Assembly (NCBI GenBank): GCA_944324825.1
Contig: CALUXU010000005.1
Span: 66,264-130,263 of the forward strand
Length of the DNA stretch: 64,000 nucleotides
Reading direction: 5' to 3'
Source of the DNA: Candidatus Gastranaerophilales bacterium
GTDB lineage: Bacteria; Cyanobacteriota; Vampirovibrionia; Gastranaerophilales; Gastranaerophilaceae
Part shown: positions 25,945 to 35,615 of the stretch, piece by piece
Position numbering within the stretch: position 1 is the first letter of the stretch
Layout of the letters: every line of letters starts with the position of its first letter
Position numbers and translations under genes: made by a program
Notes under the pieces: model-generated
The model's input: the letters and a program-made list of their open reading frames with translations, nothing else
What the model was told of the DNA's origin: nothing
Database searches by the model: none

Positions 25945-26530
25945 GCAGGGTGAGGAGTGGCTGAAAATGCGGTTAAGCAGTTATGAAGTCAAGCAGCCTG
26001 GTGAAGTGTCCCCTACAATACTAAGACAAGAAAATATTCAAACTTATATACAATAAATATCAAACAAATTTTGGACAGTGTAAAAATTGACCTTTTTAAA
26101 GTGACAAATTTTCCATTAGAAAAGGACAAATTGTCCTCTGCTAATATAACAAATAAAGAAAAAATAAAAGAACAGGATTTTGATAAAAATTTTTCTTCAA
26201 AAGATTCTGATGCGGTCAAAAAGACACAAGAGCTTATAGGCTCATTCAAAGCGATGGACTAAAGGAGGATTACACAAACCGGAGTAATGAGCAAGCCGTT
26301 AGGCATCCGGTGAAGGTTATCCCCGCCGCCGTACTGACAAAAAGTCCTTTAGCGAAATGCTAAGTAGCCTTGAAGTCAAGAAGCTAGGCGAAATTATTGT
26401 AATATTCGGAGTGCCAATTAGCTTAGCTGCCTAACTTTTTAACTGCCTAGCCGCTAATTTTACCTTCACTCCTCTGCCTAAGTCTTTAGCATCCCCCCTA
26501 GCGGCCTAACTGCTTGACTACTTAACCATT
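25945..26530. repeat. Repeat-rich, GC-elevated intergenic block with imperfect inverted and direct repeats
   Basis: 25971-26001 (GGTTAAGCAG...TCAAGCAGCCTGG) is an imperfect inverted repeat of 26505-27 (revcomp GGTTAAGTAGTCAAGCAGTTAGG). 25984-26006 (TGAAGTCAAGCAGCCTGGTGAA) is a direct repeat of 26371-93 (TGAAGTCAAGAAGCTAGGCGAA). Confidence 0.6.
26071..26262 (+). CDS. Possible small ORF (63 aa) inside the repeat-flanked block
   Basis: ORF track only. It is lysine/aspartate-rich, and I found no convincing RBS. Confidence 0.25.
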   Translation: MDSVKIDLFKVTNFPLEKDKLSSANITNKEKIKEQDFDKNFSSKDSDAVKKTQELIGSFKAMD

Positions 26531-26545
26531 GTCTTTACACATTTA

Positions 26546-26573
26546 CCCCTTTACCCCTTTACCCCTTTACCCC
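26546..26573 (-). repeat. (GGGGTAAA)x3-GGGG tandem octamer, a G-quadruplex-type motif abutting a stop codon
   Basis: The plus strand has CCCC at 26546-49, 26554-57, 26562-65 and 26570-73, separated by TTTA. The minus strand therefore reads G4-N4-G4-N4-G4-N4-G4, starting 1 nt after the TAA of ORF 26574..27806. Confidence 0.85.
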
Positions 26574-27806
26574 TTAGAAAAACATTTGCATTGCATTAGG
26601 TAATGGGGCATTGTATTTACTGATAGGTGGTTGAAAATGTAAGTTGTATGTTACGTGGTCATTATCAACAGAAATCCACTCGTTATTTTCTATTCCCTGG
26701 CTGAATCCTTCGGTGTTTCTTATATCCTCGTTTGAGTTGTAGTTTAAGCGGAAATAATTTTTGTACCCAACCGTATCATTATATGAAAGTCCTAACTCCT
26801 TAAAATCAGGTAAATGTTCTGATATAACCTTCATATCCTTGCTTGGATTATCTACCGGTGTATGTTCAATATATTTATATACAGACATATTTCTGTCATG
26901 GTTATAGTAGCATAACGGGGCTGAGTTTCGGCTTCTGTTTGTTGTAAGATATGTGTCTATTTTGGCTAAAGTTCCGAGTGCAAAAGGATTATCCAGGCTT
27001 CTGCTTTCCTCCGGCGCCATTTTAAACACATATTTTTTGTGCTCCGGAGTGAATACTCCAAATACATTTTTATCGGAGCGTCCTTCTGTAAAGAATTTGA
27101 ATTCATACTCTCTATTGTCTAGTTTTAGATTATTAATATCTTTTTTCTGCTTCAGACCGACTTCCATCTGATTTTTTAAATAGTCTGCGATTGTAAACAG
27201 GTGATTGTGAGGAAATTCTTTTGGGATATTTCCGATTTCAAAGTAATCGTTACCTTTTAATTGGCGGTGTTTTTCTAAAAGAACATCTCCCTTCCAGTCA
27301 GGACGGACTCTCAACAGTTCTGATAATGTATGTGAATTTAGGTATTTTTTCTCAATAAATTTGGTGTAAGCTTTGTGATATGGGCTGTCGAACATAAACG
27401 GCATAATATTTTTTGATTCTTCTCCGACTTTTTCTTGTAATGATTTTGTCAATTTACCCATTTCTCGCGGCTGTCTGACCAAGCTGTCGATAAATTGGTA
27501 ACTCCTGTCTTCGGTATTCAGTATTGCAGTTAAAAATCCGTCCATAGTTTTTTTATCTGCTTCAATTTTGAGGAATGAATTTATTGCCGGTGTATGGTCA
27601 TGGTTTATATACCAGTTGTATTCTTCATACAGGTGATTAATACTTCTTGAGCCAAAATGTATATTAGAAATATTATGCGAATAGACCTTTTGATGTTTTA
27701 TGACTTGCTTAGGTCTGATTTCTGTACGATTTTGAGTATGATAACAAGGTTTATTATCATAATGAAATTTATTCTGTTGTAAAGGCATTACAAAATAACT
27801 GCTCAT
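26574..27806 (-). CDS. Hypothetical protein (410 aa)
   Basis: Long uninterrupted ORF in an AT-rich genome. I recognise no family. Confidence 0.6.
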   Translation of the reverse strand: MSSYFVMPLQQNKFHYDNKPCYHTQNRTEIRPKQVIKHQKVYSHNISNIHFGSRSINHLYEEYNWYINHDHTPAINSFLKIEADKKTMDGFLTAILNTEDRSYQFIDSLVRQPREMGKLTKSLQEKVGEESKNIMPFMFDSPYHKAYTKFIEKKYLNSHTLSELLRVRPDWKGDVLLEKHRQLKGNDYFEIGNIPKEFPHNHLFTIADYLKNQMEVGLKQKKDINNLKLDNREYEFKFFTEGRSDKNVFGVFTPEHKKYVFKMAPEESRSLDNPFALGTLAKIDTYLTTNRSRNSAPLCYYNHDRNMSVYKYIEHTPVDNPSKDMKVISEHLPDFKELGLSYNDTVGYKNYFRLNYNSNEDIRNTEGFSQGIENNEWISVDNDHVTYNLHFQPPISKYNAPLPNAMQMFF

Positions 27807-27928
27807 ATTTCTATCCTCTGGTTTATTAATACCCGTAAATGATTAAATTTGTCAGTTTTTATAAAAACGTTACATTTATTTACTGAATAGTATGTTTAAG
27901 ATATTCTTTAATAGAGAGGGAAGTAATT

Positions 27929-28249
27929 ATGACAGACTGTATTTTTTGCAAAATAATAAATGGTGATTTTGGCACAAAATTTGTTTATGAGGATGATGAT
28001 GCCGTTGTATTTAACGATATTAATCCTAAGGCGAAAACACATTTACTTGTAGTGCCGAGAATCCATGTTGAAAGTTTAAATGAACTTGATGACGTTGAAC
28101 TTTTGGGACGTTTAATGAATATAGTAAGAAAAGTTACCAAGCAAGAGGGAATTAAATCTTACAGAACAGTTATAAATACCGGACGAGATGCCGGACAGGA
28201 AGTATTTCATTTACATATACACATATTATCAGGAGATATAAAACTATGA
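27929..28249 (+). CDS. HIT-family (histidine triad) nucleotide hydrolase
   Basis: CIFCKII near the N-terminus and the histidine triad VFHLHIHIL. Confidence 0.88.
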   Translation: MTDCIFCKIINGDFGTKFVYEDDDAVVFNDINPKAKTHLLVVPRIHVESLNELDDVELLGRLMNIVRKVTKQEGIKSYRTVINTGRDAGQEVFHLHIHILSGDIKL

Positions 28250-29085
28250 CAGAATTTTATCAAGAAATAACACCGGCCGGATTCGGTATCGCAATAAAAA
28301 AGAAAAATGTATTATTTTCGGATAAATCAGAGTTTCAGAAAGTTGAAGTAATTGAATCTGACAGTGCTTTAGGTAGATTTTTAACGCTGGATGATTTGAT
28401 GATGTGTACAGAAGGTGATGAATATCATTATCATGAAATGATTGCGCACATCCCTATGATGCACCATAAAGCACCAAAATCCGTTCTTGTAATAGGCGGC
28501 GGCGACGGCGGTACTGTCAGAGAAGTTCTGAAACACAAAACCGTAGAAAAGGTTGTTTTGTGTGAAATTGACGGTATGGTAATTGATGCTTGTAAAAAGT
28601 ATCTGCCAACAATGTCTTGTGAACTGGATAATCCAAAAGTTGAGATAAAAGTTGAGGATGCAATTGAGTTTATAAAAGATAAAGTTGATGAGTACGATAT
28701 AGTGCTTATTGATTCAACTGATCCGATGGGACCGGGGGAAGGATTATTTACGGAAGAATTTTATACCAACGTAAAAAGATCCTTGAAAAAAGGCGGAATT
28801 TTGGCGGCGCAATCGGAATCACCGGTTGTTAACAAGGAAGAAATAAGCAAAATGTATAAACTGCTTAAAAAAGTATTTCCGATTTGTTCAACTTATACAT
28901 CAAATATTCCGACATATCCCGGCGGATACTGGGCATGGGCATTCTGCTCGGAAACTGTTGAGCCTTTATCATATTTTGCGGAAGATAGAGAGTCAGATAT
29001 AACTTCTTCTTGTAAGATTTATAACAAGGATTATCATTATGCTCGTTTTGCGCTTCCTAATTATTTGAAAAATCTGACAGAATAA
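28246..29085 (+). CDS. speE: Spermidine synthase
   Basis: VLVIGGGDGGTVREVLKH, CEIDGMVID and LIDSTDPMGPGEGLF are the canonical SpeE motifs. Confidence 0.9.
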   Translation: MTEFYQEITPAGFGIAIKKKNVLFSDKSEFQKVEVIESDSALGRFLTLDDLMMCTEGDEYHYHEMIAHIPMMHHKAPKSVLVIGGGDGGTVREVLKHKTVEKVVLCEIDGMVIDACKKYLPTMSCELDNPKVEIKVEDAIEFIKDKVDEYDIVLIDSTDPMGPGEGLFTEEFYTNVKRSLKKGGILAAQSESPVVNKEEISKMYKLLKKVFPICSTYTSNIPTYPGGYWAWAFCSETVEPLSYFAEDRESDITSSCKIYNKDYHYARFALPNYLKNLTE

Positions 29086-29124
29086 ATTGTAGTATAATAT
29101 ACAAGTAGGAATCGGAACTTCTTA

Positions 29125-30525
29125 ATGAAAAAATATCTTATATTCTTATCATTAATTATATTCTTTGCCATACCTGCATTTGCTGATGATATGGTTGATG
29201 ATTGCTATGATATGGCAAAGAATTATTATACTTCAGGTCAGTTTGATAAGGCGCTTGAATATGTTGATATGATTTTGAATGTTAATCCTGCACATTTTGG
29301 TGCTTGTTATTTAAAGGTTGTATTAACAAAGGCTACCGGGACTTTGGGTGATACTATTTTTGATAAGTCTATAAACCTTCGTCCGATTAATGTAAAATCC
29401 GGGATTAAACAATCTGATGATTTTAATAATAAAGGGCAGGAGTATTACGATTTCAGAGATTTTGAATCCGCTCAAAAAGCGTTTCAGGCTGCTATAAAAG
29501 CAAATCCTCGAAATTATTATGCGTATAATAACTTGGGGCTGACTTATTGGAAAATGGAAAAATACTCAAAAGCTGAGGCTGCGTTCAAAAAATCATACGG
29601 GATAAATAAAAACTTTACGGCTCCGCTTATTAACCTTGCGCAGGCTTGTATTGAGCAAAAACAGTATGCCAAAGCCGAAAAATATTTGAATACTGTAATT
29701 GCTCAGAATAAGAATAAGAATGAATACTGTGCATATTATTTGCAGGGCGTTTTGTATAAAAAAACGTATAAATACCAAAAAGCTATAAAGAGTTTTAATT
29801 CTGCAGTTTTGGCAGAGCCTAAATTCGCTCTTTCTTATATACAGCTTGCAGATGCTTATTATTATACAAATGATTTTGCATGGTCTAATTCTACGTTGGA
29901 AAAATATTTAGATTTATGTCCAAATGATGATTACGCATATTATATGCTTTATCGAAATTATTTTCAATTAAAGGATTATAATGTTGCAAAGAATTATCTT
30001 GTACGGGCTATAATGCTGAACAATTGTGCAGAATATCGTGTTTCACTGGCTGAGTTGGAGAAGCTTCTTGATAATCCATGGATTGCAATTGCAATATTAA
30101 AAACAATAAAAGAGCCTAGTGCTGCAATACTAAATGAAGCAGGGCAATGTTATTTAAAAATAAAAGATAACAAGAATGCATTGACTTGTTTCAATGCAAC
30201 TGCTATGCGTCCGGATTTTCGACCTATATACCTGTATAATGCCGCAATGGTTTATAAGAATATAGGTGATATTGAGAATTATAAAAGAACAATGCTTACG
30301 ATAAAATCAATTGAACCTGATACGTATCAGGATTATATTGATTTGAGCGGAATATATCTTGATTCGGATTCTAAAGAAAAGGCATTAGAGCTTTTGAATC
30401 AGGGGATAAAAAAATATCCTGATAACAAAGATTTGTATGAGGCTAAATTAAGACTTTATAAAATAACCTCTGATACGGCAGGTATAAACAGGACTAAACG
30501 AGAGCTTGATAGGATATTAAAATAA
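29125..30525 (+). CDS. Secreted tetratricopeptide-repeat protein
   Basis: Signal peptide MKKYLIFLSLIIFFAIPAFA followed by repeated TPR units. Confidence 0.75.
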   Translation: MKKYLIFLSLIIFFAIPAFADDMVDDCYDMAKNYYTSGQFDKALEYVDMILNVNPAHFGACYLKVVLTKATGTLGDTIFDKSINLRPINVKSGIKQSDDFNNKGQEYYDFRDFESAQKAFQAAIKANPRNYYAYNNLGLTYWKMEKYSKAEAAFKKSYGINKNFTAPLINLAQACIEQKQYAKAEKYLNTVIAQNKNKNEYCAYYLQGVLYKKTYKYQKAIKSFNSAVLAEPKFALSYIQLADAYYYTNDFAWSNSTLEKYLDLCPNDDYAYYMLYRNYFQLKDYNVAKNYLVRAIMLNNCAEYRVSLAELEKLLDNPWIAIAILKTIKEPSAAILNEAGQCYLKIKDNKNALTCFNATAMRPDFRPIYLYNAAMVYKNIGDIENYKRTMLTIKSIEPDTYQDYIDLSGIYLDSDSKEKALELLNQGIKKYPDNKDLYEAKLRLYKITSDTAGINRTKRELDRILK

Positions 30526-31496
30526 TGGGACGTCGTTATAAAAAAAGAGAGACATTTTTTTCTAAATTAGTTAATTGGACATTTACCTTATTAATTGCCG
30601 GATTTCTGGCTTCAATGTTGAGCAGTGCAAGCGCTCATAATCTGAAATTTGCGCAGGTAAGCGATGCACATTATTCTTCTATTGAGGCGGATACGACGTA
30701 TAAGGTTTTAAAGTCCTCTCCTCAGATTTTGGACGATGTTATACTTCAAATTAATAATACTCCGCATTTAGATTTTGTGATGTTTTCCGGAGATTTAGTT
30801 AATAAGCCTAAAGAGAGTCAATTATTGGAATTTATATCCAGAGCAAACTGTTTAAATGTACCTTGGTACGGCTTGTTAGGAAATCATGATGTTCAGGAAT
30901 ATAAACTGTCTAAGGAAATGTTTTTTGATTTATTGTGTGGGCATAATCCGGCATTTTCATATAAAGGCCCTTACTATTCTTTTGTCCCTAAAAAAGGTTT
31001 TAAAGTTATATGCTTAGATACAATTATTCTTGACAGGGTTACAACCAACGGTGAGGTATCTCAAGAGCAGCTGGAATGGCTGGATAAGGAGTTGAAGGAA
31101 TCAAAAAATGATGTTGTTGTAATTTGTATGCATGTTCCGATTATGGAGCCTTATAACAGCGAAAGCCACCGATTATTAAACCGTATGGAGGTTCTTGAAG
31201 TTCTGCATAAGTATAAAAATCCTATAATTGTATGTTCGGGTCATTACCATGGAACGAAGTTGATACAGGAGGATAATATTCTTTATATAGACACTCCGTC
31301 ACTTGTTACTTATCCTTGCGCGTTTAGAATTATAAATATAAACAATCAGCGCAAGAAAGTTATTGTTGATGTTTATACAAAACAAATTCGCTTGAAGGAT
31401 GTTTTGAATACTGCAAAAGTTAAGGTTATGGGTGCATCTTTCCTTGCAGGGTCCGAATACGATAAAGATAATACATTTGAAATAGAAAAGAGATAA
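30525..31496 (+). CDS. Calcineurin-like metallophosphoesterase with an N-terminal TM anchor
   Basis: [20 protein letters not shown] and GHYHG motifs. Confidence 0.8.
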   Translation: MGRRYKKRETFFSKLVNWTFTLLIAGFLASMLSSASAHNLKFAQVSDAHYSSIEADTTYKVLKSSPQILDDVILQINNTPHLDFVMFSGDLVNKPKESQLLEFISRANCLNVPWYGLLGNHDVQEYKLSKEMFFDLLCGHNPAFSYKGPYYSFVPKKGFKVICLDTIILDRVTTNGEVSQEQLEWLDKELKESKNDVVVICMHVPIMEPYNSESHRLLNRMEVLEVLHKYKNPIIVCSGHYHGTKLIQEDNILYIDTPSLVTYPCAFRIININNQRKKVIVDVYTKQIRLKDVLNTAKVKVMGASFLAGSEYDKDNTFEIEKR

Positions 31497-31498
31497 AT

Positions 31499-32062
31499 AT
31501 GTCAAAAATACTAATAATTGCAGGTGATTTTGTAGAAGATTATGAACTTATGGTTCCGTATCAGGCTTTATTAATGCTTGGACATGAGGTTCATGTTGTT
31601 TGTCCTGATAAACAAGCCGGTGATATTATAAAAACTGCAATCCATGATTTTGAAGGGTTTCAAACGTATACAGAAAAAACAGGGCATAATTTTGTGTTGA
31701 ATCAAAATTTCTCGGATTTTCATGCGGATGATTATGATGCGTTGGTTATTCCTGGCGGTCGTGCTCCTGAATATATAAGATTGAATGATAAAGTTATTCA
31801 TACCGTAAAATATTTTATGGATAACAATCTTCCTGTTGCATCAATTTGTCATGGTCCTCAGGTTTTGCTTGCTGCAGATGTAATTAAGGGGCGCAGCTGT
31901 ACGGCTTATATTGCTTTGAAACCTGATATTATAGCAGCCGGAGGGAAATGGGTTGAGCCGAGTGAAAAAGCTGATAATGCGGTTGTTGATGGGAATCTCG
32001 TAACAGCTCCTGCTTGGCCTGCACATCCTGCGTGGCTTAGAGAATTTTCAAAACTTTTATAA
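31499..32062 (+). CDS. DJ-1/PfpI-family protease or deglycase
   Basis: The nucleophile elbow [10 protein letters not shown] and overall size (187 aa) are typical of PfpI. Confidence 0.85.
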   Translation: MSKILIIAGDFVEDYELMVPYQALLMLGHEVHVVCPDKQAGDIIKTAIHDFEGFQTYTEKTGHNFVLNQNFSDFHADDYDALVIPGGRAPEYIRLNDKVIHTVKYFMDNNLPVASICHGPQVLLAADVIKGRSCTAYIALKPDIIAAGGKWVEPSEKADNAVVDGNLVTAPAWPAHPAWLREFSKLL

Positions 32063-32639
32063 TTTTGTCTGCGATTTTTGCGTGGGCTTGCGGTTCGTAG
32101 TGTAAACCGTCAATATCTGACGGGGTTACAATTTCGTTTAGATTTATATATTTGGCATTATATTTTTCTGCAGCTTTTTGATAGATTTCTGCCAGGTTAA
32201 AACTCTTTTGTATTGATGTTTCATCAAACATTTGAGCAAAAAAGCTGTTTAAAATATTATTTTTAATGACTGAAGGTGAAAGAAGGATGATTTCTTTATC
32301 GTTTATTAGAGTTAGTAATTTATCTAATCCGTTTTTAATATCCTCTATTGAGGCATTATATTGAAACTGTAAATCATTTATTCCTATTGCGGTTATTACG
32401 ATATCCGGATTGTATTTTTTTAAATATTCCGGCAGAATTTTGTATCCCGTAAATTCTTTCCCTGCAGGATTATCGAAAAATCCTGTACGATTATTGCAGC
32501 CCGCTTCAATTACCTGGTAATCGGGACTTAGTTTAGATTTTAAGATTCCGCTCCATCTGATATTTTCGGGATATCTTTTCCCGTTTTGCGGAATAAATCC
32601 GTAAGTGTTGCTGTCACCGAAACATAATATTTTTTTCAT
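32037..32639 (-). CDS. SGNH/GDSL hydrolase (arylesterase/lipase-like)
   Basis: Block I FGDSNTYG and later blocks GINDL and DGLHY. Confidence 0.8.
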   Translation of the reverse strand: MKKILCFGDSNTYGFIPQNGKRYPENIRWSGILKSKLSPDYQVIEAGCNNRTGFFDNPAGKEFTGYKILPEYLKKYNPDIVITAIGINDLQFQYNASIEDIKNGLDKLLTLINDKEIILLSPSVIKNNILNSFFAQMFDETSIQKSFNLAEIYQKAAEKYNAKYINLNEIVTPSDIDGLHYEPQAHAKIADKIIKVLKIL

Positions 32640-32700
32640 AATTTTATTATATCAGACTTGAATAAAAGAGTTTAAGTTTTATAATTATTTTATATCAGAA

Positions 32701-32860
32701 TCGGAATGTAGCAAGGACTCCGTTGCAACGATTGAGTATCGTTGCAAATGGAGGCAGGCAGAGTCAAAAAGCACAGCTTTTTGCGAGCCGTATGAAAATA
32801 CTACCAAGCTGCATAACAAATAAAACAATTGAATATTATATCGGAATGTAGCGCAGCTTG
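32701..32860 (+). repeat. Two partial copies of the tRNA-Pro 5' end, each followed by a hairpin
   Basis: TCGGAATGTAGC at 32701 and TCGGAATGTAGCGCAGCTTG at 32841, compared with the tRNA start at 32941. The hairpins TTGCAACGAT-TGAGT-ATCGTTGCAA and GAAAACGAT-TAAGT-ATCGTTTTC covary. GGCAGAGTCAA (32755-65) is the inverted complement of TTGACTCTGCC (32858-68). Confidence 0.65.
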
Positions 32861-32941
32861 ACTCTGCCGAGAAAACGATTAAGTATCGTTTTCGAGAGGG
32901 AAGCACCGTAGGTGTGCTACATGAGGAAAAAGAATAATAAT

Positions 32942-33015
32942 CGGAATGTAGCGCAGCTTGGTAGCGCACCGTGTTCGGGACGCGGGGGTCGCAGGTTCAA
33001 ATCCTGTCATTCCGA
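32942..33015 (+). tRNA. tRNA-Pro (anticodon CGG)
   Basis: Acceptor CGGAATG/CATTCCG, D arm GCGC-AGCTTGGTA-GCGC, anticodon loop TTCGGGA, T arm GCAGG-TTCAAAT-CCTGT. Confidence 0.92.
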
Positions 33016-33059
33016 TTTTTTTAGCAAAAAATCGTTTTCCAGGTTGAACCTGGTTCAAA
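33002..33059 (+). repeat. 58-bp direct repeat, copy 1 (tRNA-Pro tail plus terminator hairpin)
   Basis: TCCTGTCATTCCGATTTTTTTAGCAAAAAATCGTTTTCCAGGTTGAACCTGGTTCAAA is identical to 33153-33210. Confidence 0.9.
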
Positions 33060-33060
33060 A

Positions 33061-33152
33061 GCCCGAATTATTCGGCTGGTTGGAAAAGCGTGGTTTTCCT
33101 CCAAGTTACGGGTTTGTTCACTTCGTTCACATCACCCTACCGAAAATTCGGT
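33061..33152 (+). mobile_element. P-module copy 2, the entire insert between the 58-bp repeats
   Basis: GAATTATTCGG - hairpin (GGAAAA-GCGTGG-TTTTCC) - TTACGGG ... CACCCTACCGAAAATTCGG. Confidence 0.55.
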
Positions 33153-33210
33153 TCCTGTCATTCCGATTTTTTTAGCAAAAAATCGTTTTCCAGGTTGAAC
33201 CTGGTTCAAA
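33153..33210 (+). repeat. 58-bp direct repeat, copy 2
   Basis: Identical to 33002-33059, including the last 14 nt of tRNA-Pro. Confidence 0.9.
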
Positions 33211-33223
33211 TACCCGAATACGA

Positions 33224-33700
33224 TTATCTTATAACTCTTCTTTCCAACCAGCGAACAAATCGTGTCGGACGGTTTTCGTTTTCTGCATTAATAGAATCAA
33301 CAAGAATTGTTTTGCAGCCAAGAAGTTTACCTGCAACAATATCTGTCAGGGGTCTGTCTCCGACCATAACCGCTTCATTTGGTTTTATACCTAAGCTGTT
33401 CAGGTATTGTTTCATTTTTTTAGGATTTGGTTTTGAGGCGTGTCCGATTACCGTAAAATCCGATAGTGCTTGGACTTTGCCTATGTATTCTTCACTTTTA
33501 TTGTTTGAGATAACTGCAACAGTAAATTTATCTTTAACTTCATTTAACCATTCTTCTGTTTCCGGACGGTAGCAGCCGGATTTAGAAATCATTATAGTGC
33601 TGTCTAAATCAAACATAATAACTTTTATCCCTTGGTTTTTGAGTTCATCAAGGTTTATATCATATACGCATTTAAGATTGTAATCCGGTTTAATTATCAT
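33224..33700 (-). CDS. HAD-IIIA phosphatase, YqeG family
   Basis: MFDLDSTI (DxD), VISNN, and MVGDRPLTDIVAGKLLGCKTILV, typical of the YqeG subgroup. Confidence 0.8.
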   Translation of the reverse strand: MIIKPDYNLKCVYDINLDELKNQGIKVIMFDLDSTIMISKSGCYRPETEEWLNEVKDKFTVAVISNNKSEEYIGKVQALSDFTVIGHASKPNPKKMKQYLNSLGIKPNEAVMVGDRPLTDIVAGKLLGCKTILVDSINAENENRPTRFVRWLERRVIR

Positions 33701-34931
33701 TGTTTTTTATCCCGACAGTTCTGATTATTGCATACTTGTAATCTTTGATTTCATCACGGAATTTGATAAGCAGTTCGTCATTTGTATTTGCAAATTCCTG
33801 AGGTTCGTCATCTTTGATTATTTCAACAGCTTGGGTTATGAATTTTTCGGAAGGAGAAATAAGTTCAATATCTGTATTGATATAGAATTTATTTTTTACT
33901 TTTACTTTGTAGTAATCTCCGCATTTTTCCCACACTTCGCATAAGAAATCTGCTCCAGCTAAGCCTTTTGAGATATTGTAACTGTATCCGTCTGACGGGT
34001 AATCTCCGTCACCAAGATAAAATCCGGTTGTATATCCGCGGTTCCCTACTTTTAGAAGCTCTTCATAATAAGGTGTTAAATCGGCATCTCTATTCTCCCA
34101 GACGGTATCAATTGCTTCTCTGTATGCTTTAGCTACGGCTGATACATAGTAAAGGCTCTTGGTTCTGCCTTCAACTTTTAATGAGTCGACACCGGCATCA
34201 ATAAGTTTCCCTAAATGTTTTACCAAGCAGAGGTCTTTTGTACTCATAATATGTGTGCCGCGGTCATTTTGTTCTATTTCATAATATTGTCCAGGACGAG
34301 TTTCTTCCACCAGTTTATAGCTCCAACGGCAAGGCTGACAGCAGTTTCCCTGGTTAGCTTCTCTTTCTCCTTGGGTCATATAATCGCTAAGCAGACAGCG
34401 GCCGGAGAAGGAAACGCATTGTGCCCCGTGGATAAATACTTCAAGCTCCATATCAGGAACTTGTTTTTTTATTTCTGCCACATCTTTTATCGGGAGTTCA
34501 CGTGCAAGAATAGAACGTGTCGCTCCTAAGTCCTGCCAGAATTTAACAGCTTCATAGTTAAGCGTATTTGTTTGTGTGCTGACATGGATTGGGGTATCCG
34601 GCATGTAGCGTTGGGCCAGTCTTATTATACCCATATCGCTTATAATAAGAGCATCAGGGTTTGAATCTTTTATCCTGTCCATGCAGGATTCCAGGAGTTT
34701 TATATCTTTGTTGAATGCAAATATGTTTAGAGTCAGGTATGCTTTTTTGTTGAGTGAGTGTGCCAAATCAATAGCCTGTTTAAGGTTATCCATTGTAATT
34801 AATTCGCCTTTTCTCATTGCTCTGAGGCTAAAATCAACAACTCCAAGGTATACGGCATCTGCACCGTATCGTATTGCATATTCCAACTTTTCCAAATTGC
34901 CTGCCGGCATTAGTAATTCAGGTTTAATCAT
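33690..34931 (-). CDS. Peptidase U32 family protein
   Basis: MIKPELLMPAGNLEKLEYAIRYGADAVYLG at the N-terminus, and a 413-aa size with the Cys-rich centre (GNCCQPCRW) typical of U32. Confidence 0.85.
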   Translation of the reverse strand: MIKPELLMPAGNLEKLEYAIRYGADAVYLGVVDFSLRAMRKGELITMDNLKQAIDLAHSLNKKAYLTLNIFAFNKDIKLLESCMDRIKDSNPDALIISDMGIIRLAQRYMPDTPIHVSTQTNTLNYEAVKFWQDLGATRSILARELPIKDVAEIKKQVPDMELEVFIHGAQCVSFSGRCLLSDYMTQGEREANQGNCCQPCRWSYKLVEETRPGQYYEIEQNDRGTHIMSTKDLCLVKHLGKLIDAGVDSLKVEGRTKSLYYVSAVAKAYREAIDTVWENRDADLTPYYEELLKVGNRGYTTGFYLGDGDYPSDGYSYNISKGLAGADFLCEVWEKCGDYYKVKVKNKFYINTDIELISPSEKFITQAVEIIKDDEPQEFANTNDELLIKFRDEIKDYKYAIIRTVGIKNNDN

Positions 34932-34997
34932 AGTTAAATGTTAACATAAACAAAAAATTATAATATAATAAGATAAGAATTATCGGAGAAAGAGTAA

Positions 34998-35612
34998 ATG
35001 TTTTTTGAAGGCGATAACCCTGTAAAGTATTTAAGAAAAAAGTATACAAAAGAGAAGCTGATTATTTTTACCGGTGGTAAGAAGCCTGCTGTCAAGCGCT
35101 GGCGTGGGGTAATTAATAATATGCTAAAAATTTTATCCCATGATTTGAATTATGATTTGTATATTTTTGATTCTGAGCGTGACAGAGCATTGTTAAAATT
35201 CGGTACTGTGTTCAGATACGATGAAACATGTATTAAGTCTGCGATGTTCAAGATAGAGGATTTGGTTGCGGAGGGTGTCAGACGAGCATTTGTTTTGAAT
35301 ACTGATATAATAGATAAACGCTTATTGAACGAAAATTTGCGTTACCGTTTTTTGTTTTTGAGTACAATAAAGGATATTTATTTGCCTGAAATCCAGCCAA
35401 ATAGAGAGATAAAAATAGGCGGCGCAGATATATTTAATATTGTACGTGACGTAGAGGGGTTGAATACTGAAAAGGTTTGTTATTGTGATAAAGAATGTTT
35501 AAAAGAATTTAAAGAGCATCAGTACAAGTATCCTGACAGACTTGTTTATTTTAAACTGGAAAAGGGTGATTTTTATAAGCATATAAAGATTATAGATGCG
35601 TTGTTGGAGTAA
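34998..35612 (+). CDS. Hypothetical protein (204 aa)
   Basis: ORF with GGAGAAAGAG upstream. I recognise no family. Confidence 0.55.
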   Translation: MFFEGDNPVKYLRKKYTKEKLIIFTGGKKPAVKRWRGVINNMLKILSHDLNYDLYIFDSERDRALLKFGTVFRYDETCIKSAMFKIEDLVAEGVRRAFVLNTDIIDKRLLNENLRYRFLFLSTIKDIYLPEIQPNREIKIGGADIFNIVRDVEGLNTEKVCYCDKECLKEFKEHQYKYPDRLVYFKLEKGDFYKHIKIIDALLE

Positions 35613-35615
35613 TAA

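Noticed and set aside
32701-32940. Upstream tRNA-Pro-like units as additional tRNA genes
   Set aside because: They have the acceptor/D-arm start and an anticodon-like hairpin (loops TTGAGTA and TTAAGTA). They lack a T arm (no GTTC-type loop) and a matching 3' acceptor strand.
32685-33572. ORFs 32685..32969 (-), 32912..33175 (+) and 33090..33572 (+)
   Set aside because: They read through tRNA-Pro and its repeats, or are antisense to the YqeG-like gene.
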